Below are positions 27,244 through 39,309 of a DNA stretch of 64,000 nucleotides, piece by piece. This DNA comes from Oikopleura dioica. Its lineage: Eukaryota; Animalia; Chordata. Under the pieces are notes generated by a model. The model did no database searches. It was given only the letters and a program-made list of their open reading frames with translations, and had not been told where the DNA came from. The stretch covers positions 4,030,001-4,094,000 of the forward strand of contig OU015568.1 of NCBI GenBank assembly GCA_907165135.1, in the 5' to 3' direction. Made by a program: the position numbers and the translations under genes. Positions within the stretch are counted from its first letter, which is position 1, and the number at the start of each line of letters is the position of its first letter.

Positions 27244-29585
27244 TTATGTACAGAAAAATTCGTCAACAGGAAAAACTATCGGCCGCTCAAATTTTCCAAA
27301 TATATGAGTAATGTTGATAACTTTTGCTGATGATATTTTTTCTCCATCCCATTCAAGTTTCTCCACATTATAACTAAGTTCAATAATTAAGGCATATTTT
27401 TGAGAAAACATACCCGCTGACAAGAAAGATCGTATTTCCGATTCGCTTTGGGGAAGAGTATTTATGCTTACATTTAATTGAATGATGGCTGTATAAGGAA
27501 AATTCTTACATATTCATTAAGCTGCCCAACGACGGTCCATTCTGAGTCGCGAAACAGATATATATCCTTTGAAGCGGCATTTTCGTTGCCACCTCCCATC
27601 ACCATTAACCCATCATAAATTCCGATGCAGGAATGGACGTAAATTTTTCTACAAATCATCAAATTAAAAAATATGAAAATCGATAAACTTCGGAAAATCA
27701 GACAGTTCTGTCCAAAAAGCGCCGTCAAATTTCTCCACTTTTTTGTAGCCATCAGAAAGTGCGGAGCCGACAGCAATTTTTTCGTCCTTGTAGAGCGCCA
27801 AACATGAGGCTTGGTGTGAGTATTTTGTCGCCGGTTTTATTGAAACAGAATAGCCATCAAATTCTTCGCATTATTTGTATTCTTCGGCGGGAAAGCAAAT
27901 CAATGCTGAAAAGAAGAAACATGCAAGATAAAAGCGACTTTATTATTTCTTCTTATTCTACTTATTCTATTATTATTCTACTTGTCCTTTACCTGATTGT
28001 TGATCCGCAGCCGTTACTGCAGCAGAGTTGAAGAAATAATCATTCCTGAGTTTCACATTTAATTCCTGGATTTCACAGTCGTTTATCATCGCAATCTATT
28101 TTCACAAGAAATAAAATTATTTGTAAGCTCTGTTTTACACGAAATTCATATTCTTCGTATCCACCAAAAATGTATACTTTTCCGCGAATCAAAGCAGAAA
28201 TCGAAGCGTAAAGGTAGTGACCTTCATGATTTGAAGGAGGCATTTCGATTTTGCGAGAATTCTCGCTTCCGTCTGGTTTGAGAACGTAGCTCAGGAACTC
28301 AGTTTGAGAGTTGTAACCAGAAATAACCATCAAGGAATTTTTTTCGCGTCCGAAACAGTTTTCGTTTTCGACTTGCAGCTCTTCGATCTCTGTTTTATAA
28401 ACTGACAATTTTCCTTCGAGTATTACTTTTTCACTTTCTTCTTGCTGGAGATCATTTTTCAAGTCCTAGCGATTTTTATTTATAATATGCTTTAATTTTC
28501 AATGAAACCGTTGTAGCTCTTTGGCATCGCGCCGTCTCTTCCTTGATTTCATTCCTTAAATTTTCCATGTCACTTTTGCATTGGTCGATTTCGCTTTGAA
28601 GATCAGAATTTCTTAATAAACAAATCAAATCAAGCCAAATCAAAAAACGACTATTTACCTGATTCTTTCGATATCCAAATTTTCCTGAATCGAGCTTTTC
28701 TCCCTTTTTGCTATTTCTAAATCTCCTTTCATTTCCGTCAAAGCAGCCTGTTCTTCATCTGTTTTCGATCTTATGAGCTCCTCGTTCTCAGCGATCAAGT
28801 CGGCATTCTCAGTTTTCAGCCTAACAATTTCCGCCTCTAATTTTTTATGACTTTTTTATGATTTTTCTCCAAAGAACCTTTTTCAGTTTGACCTTGAAGC
28901 CTTTTCCATATACTGTAATTTCTCGATTTGAGTCTGAATCAACAATTTGTCGTTGAAATTTGAATGAACTCTGTCTTACCGCATTTTCTCGTTGGAAAGC
29001 TTTTCATTCTCATTTTTCAAACTCGCCAAATTTTCAGAGAGACTCTTCGATTTTCGATGAAGATCTTCAATTTCAGCTTTCAAATGCTGGTTTTCGCGTT
29101 TATAACCATTTGCGTGCTCCTTAAGATCCTCAACCATTATTCTTTTATCGAGTTCCGAAAGCAAATAATATAAACAAAACATCTGTTTTGGAACCTTCCC
29201 GATATTGCTCAAGATCGAGGACCGTTGTTTTTGTGCAACCGCTTTTGGATTCTTCGTTCTGCCAGCAAGGACATGTTTCTAGCTCACGCCGAAGCTCATA
29301 CTGGCACTCCTCCATGCATTCATAAAAATGGCAATCTCGTGAGCAGCGCTCGAATTCCTCCTCAGCCGCTTTCTTGCATTTTGCGGCCCTGTTTCTGGCA
29401 ATTTTGCTGTGCCTTTGCTGCTTTTGCAAAAGGCTGGGCAAGAAAAATCAAGGCTGCAGATCTTTTTCAAGGTTTATGACTCAACGCATAAAATATTATG
29501 TCATATGATGTTTAAAACAGAAAATTTTAACCTGTTCATTTGTTGCTGAAATCAGCTCCACAAAAAGAAGAAGAAATACAATCAT
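27244..29585 (-). CDS. Secreted Cys-rich / coiled-coil / kelch-like beta-propeller protein (multi-exon)
   Basis: Signal peptide MIVFLLLFVELISA, Cys-rich CSRDCHFYECMEEC...CPC...GC, heptad-rich segments, kelch-like GKVYIFGG, GLMVMGGG and IGNTIFLVSG, and a last exon ...ERPIVFPVDEFFCT*. Some junctions are approximate. Confidence 0.65.
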
Positions 29586-29905
29586 TTCTCTCTTGAAAAA
29601 AATCTGAGGCTGGTTGCTAAGGCTATTAACGCAGTGAGTCATCTTCTGAGTACAGGTTCGCTTTAACCCACTGAGAATTTGTTGCTGCTTGATTTCAGAC
29701 AGCATCGTGGACGAATTTGGAAGAAGAGGTTTTGAGGACTTCTTTGAGCTCTTTTTGCATTTGCTCTTTTTTATGAAGTCTTTCAAGTCTTCTGACTTCT
29801 TAGTATCATGTTCGTATAATTGGTAGTGCCGTGAAGGTCAGTTTTAATGGTGCATTTCTTTTATTGTCGCAATTTTTGGATGGTGTCACAAGCGAGAACG
29901 AGAGA

Positions 29906-32158
29906 ATGATATTACGGAGCCTCCTGCTTATAAAATGTATTCAAGTTGAAGCGCAGGTACCAGAGAACCAACCGAATATTATCTTTGTGATCACGGATGA
30001 TTTGGGATGGTCCGACGTGAGTTGGAACAATAAGCAGCTGAAATCGACACCTTTTATGGCGGATTTGATTGAAACGGGCCGAGCATCGTCGTTAAGGAAC
30101 TCTTATGTAACGCACAGGATCGGCTCAAATATTTCTATCACCAGAAATGGGCCATTACTAATGGCCGGTTCTTCCAGTATGAGTTCCAGTACAAGCCTCA
30201 GAAAGATGCAGTCCGTCGCGGGCTCAATTTTTAACAGGCCGGTATGCCTTTCGATACGGACTTGGATCTGACCCGATTTCTCCTGTTAATCCGATCGGTC
30301 TAAGTACAAACGAAAAGATTCTGCCTGAGTTTTTAAAGGAAATTGGATACAGTACTCATGCTGTTGGAAAGTGGCATCTTGGATATTGCAATGATTCCTA
30401 TGTGCCCCATAATCGAGGATTCGACTCTTTTCTTGGGTTCGTAGTTCAATTACTTCACTCAAAAAATTTCGTATTTTAGCCATTACCGAGGAGGTGTCGA
30501 TTATTTCACCCACTCTAATGAAGGTGAAATTTCCATATTTTTTTTGCTTCCTTCGAATAAAAATTTAAGCACCAGGAACATACCTCAATCACTTTCTCAA
30601 CGGAGAGCCACACATCCCTGAAGGAGGTTTCGACTATGCCACCTATGCCTGGAGCAATAGAACAAACAAGATCTTGAGAGAAAGCTTGGGTCAGCCGAAT
30701 TTTGTCTATTTGGCGTTCAATGCTCCTCATGAACAAGTTGCTGCTCCCCAAAATTTAGTGGTAAGAAGCAGAAAGAAAGCTTATTGGATGAATTAAAATA
30801 GGATGAGATGAATGCTCTGTATCCCGACATGCCAGCTACTCGGCAAGTCCACCTTGCTGCCGTTAAATCCATTGATATCGCGATGCAAAGCGTCATTGAA
30901 GAAGCATCCAAACTCGATCGCGAAACCATCATTATCTTCCATTCTGACAACGGCGGCTCTATCCAAGCGTATGGGGGCGACGCTGAAGGTCCTCGAGCTT
31001 GTAACTTTCCGTACAAGGGTTACAAGAGCGTCTTGACTGAGGGAGGAACTTTGAGTCCGACTTGGGTCTACTCGACAAAAAGGGAGTTTCACTCGCGATA
31101 CATTGATGGAATGATCCATATCATGGATTTTTTCCCGACAATTCTCCATTGGGCAGGAAAAGGGCTTCAATCACTATCTGATTTTTTTCTCAAATTTTCG
31201 ATAAAAGTGTAAAAAAGCCAAGAAAAGGCTTCGACAAGCAGATGCCAAGAAATCTCGATGGAATTGATCAATATGATCTATTCGAAAATGCTTCAGTCAC
31301 CAAAATTCGAGATCGATTCATTTACGGACTCCTCCACAATTGGGATAATAATAATCTTCAATGGAAAACGAGCTATGCCGTCCGATACGGAGATTACAAG
31401 TTTATGAATTATCAAACTGAGCTGATCGGAAACACTCAGTGTCCAGAAGGCTGGTCTAATAATCGACATGAGAAGTATCTTTTTCCGTATAAGAAAAAAA
31501 GAACCACAATGATGAACAAAGGTCAGTTTTCTCATCAAAATCATGTTGGTCATTTAATTTTAGTTTGGGAAATTTCTGATGCTGAGCCAAACAAGGAAAC
31601 TGGCGAGATCAAACCCGATCCTGGCTTCTCCTTATACAACCTCAAAAACGACCCTTTTGAGACGAGAAATTTGGGCACAGGAGAAGATAGCAAAAAATAC
31701 AAAAAGATCTACATGGATCTCATGAACGATATCCAATCATATGTCGTCGAAGAAATTCAAAAAGGGGTTGAATATCCAGTCACTGGAAAGATGAACGGAA
31801 ACCTCCTCTCAAAAATTTTCAAGAAAATACCTGTTGACGAGAGATCGGAGCATTATTTCGAGACCGGTCGAATTATTCCTTTTGACAGGTAAAGATGAAG
31901 AAGCCAATTTTTCTTCATATTTAATGCTAGCGCAACCCAAGAGTCGACTGGCCTTGATGGTTATCTTGGAACCAACTGGTGCCTGAACAACCTTGATGAT
32001 GCTCTATTAACTCAAATGTACCATGATGCTGTTTTGAACGATCAAGAGGTAGTCGGCGACTACTAGTCGCTAAGAATTTTATGTCTATATTTTTTATTTT
32101 CTAGAGACTCGCTGACATGATCAACTTATATTTATGGGATGGTTACGGTCCAGAATGA
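29906..32158 (+). CDS. Arylsulfatase (ARSB/ARSI/ARSJ-like)
   Basis: Signal peptide, PNIIFVITDDLGWSDV, catalytic CSPSRAQFLTGRY (restored by GA-AG intron 30118-30205), HAVGKWHLG, PHNRGFDSF, FNAPH, FHSDNGG, NFPYKGYK...EGG, LYNLKNDPFE. Confidence 0.93.
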
Positions 32159-32609
32159 GCTACTCGATTTTCTATGCAAGAAACAACCTTATGAAATAAA
32201 TTAATAAAATTTTTTTCTCTTGATATTCGCTCATTCTCAAATTTAATTTTTGAATGACAAGGGTAAGTCTCTGCCCTTTTCGTCTATTCATTTGAAATGC
32301 TGCTGATGCTCGTAAAAAGCTCGAGCGGTCCCAATTAGTCGATTGGTAGCTGGGATCAATCTTCCATGAAATGGGCCTGTTCATGGCCGCCAGCTCATTA
32401 CCTTATTCATAAACAAGCTACCAACTAGTTTCTCCAAAACTTGAGAGAAAACCTAAATCCTTGAAAGCAGGAAAACCGCCGGAGTCATCGGATTTGCCCC
32501 TGGGCTGAGAGACCTGCTTATTTGAAGATGATTGATTGAACAGAGCCGAGGATAAGATAACACAAATATCTTCTCAGCCAGTGCAATTTGAATAAGATTA
32601 AGAGAAAAA

Positions 32610-34311
32610 ATGGATCCAGCAGGGTTTATTTCAGCATTGGGAGATGAAAGCTCGAAGAATCAACATACAGTTGTTGTTGAATTTACAGAGGTAAGATGAT
32701 TGACTGTTGAAGTTTACAATTGTATATAATTTTAAGGATACAGTGATACATTTTGTCGGCTGTTACGGCTTCCTTCTTATTGGCTTGATTCTTCAATTAT
32801 CAGGAAGCATTACAGAACAGATCAACTGTATAAACTCCCAGAGTCCAGTCGACAATGGCCTTTCTCGCGAAACAGTTGCTTACGTAAATAATTTTTGCTG
32901 GATGGCGGAAAACGAAAATGGACAGAACTTTGTCGAGTTTGAAAACCCAGGTCAGTGATTGAAAAATGAGGCTCAAGTCAAGTTTTTCTAGAGCTCGATG
33001 CGCGATGGTATGTCGACCACCTATCAAAAATCTTCTTCTTGATTTCCATTTGCTTCCACATTCCGAAAATTGCCTGGAGCTTGAGCGTCGGGGGCATCCT
33101 TAATTCGTACATGGGATACACCAGGTTGTTACTGGATATCGTCAAGCAGAAGCTGGAGTCAATTCCAAAAGATGGTATTTGGGGCGGAACTCAAAAATAT
33201 CACCCCGGACGGGCTTTTGATCCTGATTCCAAGCTTTTTAGCCAGGTAAAATTTTATTTTCAATTCTTGTTTACAATTTTTTCTAGCGCCAAAAATATGA
33301 GCCTTTGAGAATGTCAAGTTTTCTTCAAAATGTTGGGGAAGGAGCAGCATCCTTAGAAGATATGCTCGAAGGATCAGACACAAGCTCCGTCAAAGAAACT
33401 CAAACGAGCTGTTTATGCAGCAGTTCGAAAAAGAAGACTGCAAAGAGTGACGTAGAAGACCCTCTCATGGATCAATCCGAGTCATTTTGCTGCCTGGGAA
33501 ATAGATGCAAAAACGTCTGCAAGATGAACGATCGCGCGCTTGTTGGGAAACTCATGTATCGAAACTTCAGTCACATGAATGTCGTCCCGCTTATTGTCTC
33601 CATTCACAAAGTTACATACATACAAGGTACTCAATTCTTCTTCCGGCAAAAAAGTCTCAATTCTTCTTTCAGACGCAGCAACATCCCATCATCAAGTCCT
33701 CTACGACGGTAAAAACGACCCTCATCCGAACATCAATCCCTATCGCCACGGAGTTCTCTGGTGCATTTTAAAAATGTGGGCTTGCCAAGGAAATTTCAAC
33801 GGGAGCGTCTTGTACAAAAAATATCTCATTCGAACACTTTCAAATTTCGTCCTGAGTGTTGGTCTATTAGTGCCAGCAATTATTTGCGGAAAACCATTTA
33901 TACTGGGATGGAATGATATTCCGGAAGAAATGGATTGCATTATCCCGACAAAGGGGCAGCAGATTCAAGCGACTTGTATTTTACCCGTTTGTTTCACCAT
34001 CCATTTTACCGCTAAATAAACATTTTCAGACGGTTGGCGATGTCTACATCCCTCTCATCATCGCAATTCTCTTCCTTGCTATCAATACCGCTATCTCCTT
34101 TTGGGTCATTGTCACTGTTTTTATTCGCCCAAACACTTCATCAATTGGTTACAACTTTTTATCGTACATTTTCGACGATGCTCTTGGCTACTCGCTTCTT
34201 TGGCAACGGCCAAATAAAAACCCGCTGCAGAAAGAAATGATGAAGGCGTCAGTTGATCAGAGCCTTCCTGTTACTATTGAGTGTCTGTTGAAAGACAAAA
34301 AAGATAAATAA
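32610..34311 (+). CDS. Pannexin/innexin-family large-pore channel protein
   Basis: 4-TM layout. First loop INCINSQ...YVNNFCW, TM2 ...ICFHIPKIAWS, LYKKYLIRT before TM3, second loop EEMDCIIP...QATCILP. GT-AG introns. Confidence 0.75.
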
Positions 34312-35108
34312 AGCCTAAATATGATTGCTTACAGTTTTATTTCTTTTTGTTTGACGAGCAAGTAAATGAGTTTTTCACATTTTTTTTCGGCAGTTATATA
34401 TCCGTTCCATGGAGTTACCTTAGTGCTCTTTGAGTAAAGATCTGAACATCGTTTAAATGATTAGAGGACAAAGTAAGCTAACAATCAACACACTCTTCAA
34501 AGATCATGTTCAGGTCAAACATAGACAAGGCCTGGGTCGAAGCGAAGATAATGAAGAAAAAATTCATCGCTTTTCTTTTTTTAATCTCTTCTGTATGCTT
34601 TCTTATCGCGGGTCTTTTATAAGCTACACTTTATCTAAATTTTTAACAAGTAATTATCAACGATGCTGCAACTGAGAATAATTAAATCTAGCCCACTGAC
34701 AATATGGCATCATGGAAATGTTCTCATATTAGCGGACTAATGTGGCACTGAATTGAGAAAAATCGATATCGGACTCTTTTTTATGTCATTTGTAGAACAA
34801 GAATGTTCAACTGATCACTTTCATTCGAAAGGTTTTTTATATAGGCGAATTTGTTTTTAATTATAAACAAGCAATAATTGTCAAGGGTGCGGAAACAAAA
34901 ACGAGAATTATTTAATTTGAGCATTGGCAATCAGACATCATCCTTTAGGATCATCTACTTGGTCGAGACTGTCAGCCAAGCCTTATTCAATGCATATTGT
35001 ATGATTTTCGTATGAATGATCATTTTTATTACCAAATAAGAATAGTCGACTAACAAGGAAGCAGGTTTGCAGTGAAAACATGATGGCATAATGAGCTCTA
35101 AAAGTGTG

Positions 35109-35381
35109 TTACACACTGATTTTCTTGAAGCTAACAAGTAGGTTGATCATCTCATCACATTTTTCTTCAGCAGATTCGTACCCATTCCAAGGGGTTTCCT
35201 CGGAACCTTTTGTATACATGCCTGAAATCATCAATTTAATTGAAATCAAACACTTATAACTGGCTCTTTACGTTCAAATAGGGAGTAGAAATTTACCTTC
35301 AAGGCATTCCCTGTAGATTTTATTCAAATCATACATCGACAAAGCTTGGCTAAAAGCAAAAAGGAAACAGAAAAAATTCAT
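35109..35381 (-). CDS. Small secreted two-Cys peptide B (65 aa, 2 exons)
   Basis: Exon 35381-35297, GT-AG intron 35296-35222, exon 35221-35109: MNFFCFLFAFSQALSMYDLNKIYRECLE|GMYTKGSEETPWNGYESAEEKCDEMINLLVSFKKISV*. Paralogous to peptide A. Confidence 0.75.
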
Positions 35382-35672
35382 TATTTTGTTTTAGCTCTTA
35401 TTCGAATCTAGATGATGATGTCGAGTAAGATCTGTGCGATGACTTTTATAGAAAGATTGGCTTTAAATTATCCACGAACAATTATCGAGGAAGGAGCAAC
35501 TATTGACCAGCAGGTACCGATAGATATCCACCGTGAAATAATTAATCTGATACTGTACTTGATACGTGTCAATGAGACTCAATCATTCATCAGCAATCGT
35601 CCGAATCTGCACTCTTTGGAACGACGGTTTTTATTCAACACACAGTGGTATAAAAGCTTTTTGAAAATATCA

Positions 35673-35940
35673 TCAGGCGGATATTTTTGATTTATCGATG
35701 TACATTTGCAGGAGGTTTTCGCATTCGCGGTCGACGTCTTGTAGGAATCGGAAGTAATTGTCTCCATTTTCGCTCAAGTATTTTGCATACATTCCTAAAA
35801 TAAATTTAAAAAAAAAATCCGAAAAAATCAAGTGTTATTCTCTTACCATCGATACAATCTTCATAAATCGAATTCAATTCATAAAACGACATTGCCTTGG
35901 AACCAAGAACAAATAAAATTGCACAGCTTGTGACTTTCAT
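35673..35940 (-). CDS. Small secreted two-Cys peptide A (71 aa, 2 exons)
   Basis: Exon 35940-35847, GT-AG intron 35846-35795, exon 35794-35673: MKVTSCAILFVLGSKAMSFYELNSIYEDCID|GMYAKYLSENGDNYFRFLQDVDRECENLLQMYIDKSKISA*. Confidence 0.75.
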
Positions 35941-36899
35941 TTCTACCTTGAAACGTTTCTTGTCAAGAGACACTTATAAGACGCACTCTTGAATAAGAGA
36001 CGAATGATTGTCCGCAAATCGGTGCAAATTTAATTGATCTGAATCAGGTTCCTGGTACTCTGACAATTCAAAATTTATCTGGTTTTCTTATTGTCACCGC
36101 TTGGACCGGGAAATTGTTGTAATTTAATTTGACATTGTTATCAAGATCATAAAATTTAAGTTCAAGAGCTGAAGGTCGTTCTGGAATAAAGAAAAAGTAG
36201 ACAACGAAAGACGAAATCTAAAAATGTTTACAATCCAGGGCAACAGAATTGGGTCAAGATTGTCAGAAAAAATAGACAGGGACAAAGAGCGACAAGAATG
36301 ATAGTCAGTATACTCAGACCAATTTTACTTCAGAGAGTCGTCTTTTTTCTTGTTTAGCAAATCAAAAAAGGTGAGTATCACCTTCGTTTTAATTTTTGTT
36401 TGAAATGGGATTAATTACATAATAACTTCCGTTTTTGTCTAACTTTTTCTGGTCTCGTTTGACGTAACAGCTTTTTAATAATTTTCATTTTTTCCTTCTT
36501 TTTTACTTAATTTTTGAAAGAATAGAAGCAAATGAACCTACAGGAACCCTTGCGAAAAGAAAACATATTTCGGACACCTCAAGTGCCAAGAAGAATCATC
36601 CCGAGTCAATTAAAGTTTCGGCCATATTTTATGGATCAAGGTGAATTCCGCTGAAATCAAGGAAGAAAGCCATTGTGAAATATTCAGATTGGACCAGATC
36701 CAGTTCAAAAGGAAAAACAACAGAAAGAGTGCCCGAGAAAAATACGCAGCTTCCATCAACCATTACAATTCATGAGATCCAGACTCAGTCCATCAGGTAA
36801 GATTTCCACAAAAAGTCAATAATGACGACCTCAAATCAGCTCTTTTTTTAGACAGTTGCTCTAGTTTTTTTTTGGCTAAATAGAAAGAAATTCTGGGGT

Positions 36900-37362
36900 A
36901 AACCAAAATAAGTAAGTCTTAAGCTAGGACGTGACAGCGAAGGAGCGAACAAGAAAGTATCATACACAAAAGGATCAAATAAGAAAGTATCATACACGAA
37001 AGGATCAAATAAGAAAGTATCATACACCAAAGGATCAAATTATAATGTAAGATCCAAGCCAGTAACGTGCAAGATTGGATCGGGCATACATTTGAAAATG
37101 ATTGAGGATGGGTTTCTTATAGGCCGGTAGGCCTTATACGGCAATCTTATTGGTTCCAAAAAAATTTGATCCTTTAATGCTTGATCCTATTTAATTTGGT
37201 ACTTTCATGTATGATACTTTCTTATTTGATCGTTTCGTGTATGATACTTTCTTATTTGATACTTTAATGTATGATACTTTTTTATTTGATCCTTTCGTGT
37301 ATGATACTTTCTTGTTCGCTCCTTCGCTGTCACGTCCTATCTTATTACTTCCTTATTTTAGT
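36900..37362. mobile_element. Foldback/MITE-like element with long inverted arms containing 30-bp tandem repeats
   Basis: taggacgtgacagcgaaggagcgaacaagaaagtatcatacac (from 36925) is exactly inverted at the right end (to 37339). The unit aagaaagtatcatacacgaaaggatcaaat occurs 3 times on the left and ~4 times (inverted) on the right. Weaker symmetry extends ~25 bp further out. Confidence 0.85.
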
Positions 37363-37932
37363 TTGTGCCGAAATTCTTCATTAACCCAAATACTACCAGT
37401 CTTGAAGAAATTCACAATAGAATATTTTTTTCAAACACTTTATTTCGTGCAACTCAAGAATCAATTCAAAAACAGTTGAGGCGGGAGTGAGACAGAATGC
37501 AGTTAATGATTCGTTAACTGTTTCAAATTTCATCGTTGAGCATTATGCTTTCCATGTGTGTTGGCTTTAACTACCTTGTCTGACAAATAAGAAGTATACA
37601 GAGGGAGAGCCTTCTCTTTTGAAAATAATCTGGGCGAGAAAAAGGTGGATTAGGCTTAATCCGCTCCAGCTGATTTCGAGGAAGGCATCAAGTTTGTTCC
37701 AAAGATGGTTTAGGAACTCGAATTCAGCGGCGAGATGGTGAAGGGGTTTCTTGTTGTGTTGATAAAAGTAGCACAAGTAGTGGGAGAGTAGAAGTGTATG
37801 ATTTGGTGGTGGTGAAAAGTGAATGACTTCTGGTGTGTTTGTTGTTGTAGCTTGTGTTTGAATGGAAAGAGATCTAAAATTAAGATAAGATAATTTATGT
37901 TTGGGAGACTGTTACTTACGGTAATGTTCCAT

Positions 37933-38922
37933 TTATTTGCCGCCGGCTCGGACATCGAAGTGATCAAGAGTCTCTTTGGAGAGGAGATCGGCTTGCTCCA
38001 AGAGAGCTGTGCTGTCATCGTCCTTGAGTCGGAGTCGTTTCTGTTCGGTGACAGAGTTTCGACCTTCGACGGGCATTGGGTATTTGGCGACGGCAGCGCC
38101 AGAAGAATCGAGACCATTGAGCGCCGTCTTCATGAAAGCGGCGAGCGTCTGGTACTGGTACTTTGCTTTGGCGAGTGTCTGAAGGGAACCGGCTGGTTCC
38201 AGACCAGCGCAAGCGTCAGCAGCAGCTGATGGATTTGCTCCACCGTTTGAGCATCCGAAAGACAATGGAGTCCCTGCTGCTCGGTTACAGAGATCAGTAC
38301 CAGTAGTACTGATGCCAGCAACGCAACATGTTCGGCAGACGGATTCCCACTGAGAACGGTGGGTCTCGAATTTTTGCTGATCGAGCGCTGAGTTAATTCG
38401 GCACTCATCATCGATGTATTGTGGCGTTGTGCTGCTGTCGGTGTGCTTGCCAAAGAGCATGAATGGAAGAGTGTATCGCTCGTTGCGTCTCCAGTTTGCG
38501 ACGCAGGCATCGGGAGATTTGCAACCGGTGTGGACAGCGTAAATTCGGTCGTATCGGGCACGAGTCTCGGTGAAGCAAACTCGCTCTTCACCTTTGCAAT
38601 CCTGGACGACTCCATTGGCCAAGCAATCAAAGAAGACGTTCTTGCCAGCTGTTTTGCCAATGTCTACGTCAGCGGAGATACGAGCGTCACATTTCCAGCA
38701 GTGGAGACCATTTTTGTAGTCATTAAGGTCTGAGTCCAGATAGGTCTTTCCGTCGTAGCCGTACCCGCTTGGAGCAGCGTACTGGTACTGGTTCTTGTTC
38801 TTGTTCTTCTTGTTGCCGTACTGATCGTATTCGTACGCGCTGTACTGGGCGTACCCGTATGCTCCGTAGTCAGCGTATTGCCCGAAGGCTGTGCCGAGCA
38901 AAACACTGCAGAGAAGCTTCAT
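37933..38922 (-). CDS. Secreted Tyr/Gly/Gln-rich plus Cys-rich (Ly6/uPAR three-finger-like) protein, intronless CDS
   Basis: 329-aa ORF: signal peptide MKLLCSVLLGTAFG, YGAYGYAQY repeats, then HCWKCDA...C...C...C...GCK...AC...C...CRTCC...LCN. Confidence 0.85.
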   Translation of the reverse strand: MKLLCSVLLGTAFGQYADYGAYGYAQYSAYEYDQYGNKKNKNKNQYQYAAPSGYGYDGKTYLDSDLNDYKNGLHCWKCDARISADVDIGKTAGKNVFFDCLANGVVQDCKGEERVCFTETRARYDRIYAVHTGCKSPDACVANWRRNERYTLPFMLFGKHTDSSTTPQYIDDECRINSALDQQKFETHRSQWESVCRTCCVAGISTTGTDLCNRAAGTPLSFGCSNGGANPSAAADACAGLEPAGSLQTLAKAKYQYQTLAAFMKTALNGLDSSGAAVAKYPMPVEGRNSVTEQKRLRLKDDDSTALLEQADLLSKETLDHFDVRAGGK

Positions 38923-39309
38923 CCTTCTACCTAAAGCAATGAATTGATTACATGTATCTTAACATCTACATGTAGTGAGCGAAAACTAATGCCAAAAAAT
39001 TGGACCATGATTGTCGATTCTTGGACTAATAAGTAAAATTGAGGTCACAATTCAACCCATAAAATCGACAATCTTGGACCCACAAATCAAAATTATATCG
39101 AAAATCTTGTAAAATAAAGTCTCTTGTACTTACTCTGCACTACTCGCCTAACGATCCCGATTCCACTTTCGCTTTTATCAAAACTCCAGTGCTTCAAATC
39201 AGTTATGATTTGTTTCCAAACAACTCGCCAAGCACGTTGAAACGAGCACGCGTATGAGTTTATAAAAGATTTATTTGCGATTTAGAAATATTTACGGCTT
39301 TGAAAAAAA

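Noticed and set aside
29831-29905. Track N-terminal extension of the arylsulfatase (GTG start)
   Set aside because: ATG 29906 gives a proper signal peptide. The track ORF also runs out of frame through the GA-AG intron.
36200-36800. Exon-like open segments with GT donors upstream of the foldback element
   Set aside because: Could not be assembled into a consistent ATG-to-stop model.
36848-37479. ORFs with VYDTFLFDPF repeats (36848-37030 minus, 37207-37479 plus)
   Set aside because: They are translations of the 30-bp units of the foldback element, mirrored on both strands.
37897-38733. Plus-strand and alternate-frame ORFs overlapping the 329-aa secreted protein
   Set aside because: Shadows of a GC-rich coding region; no motifs.
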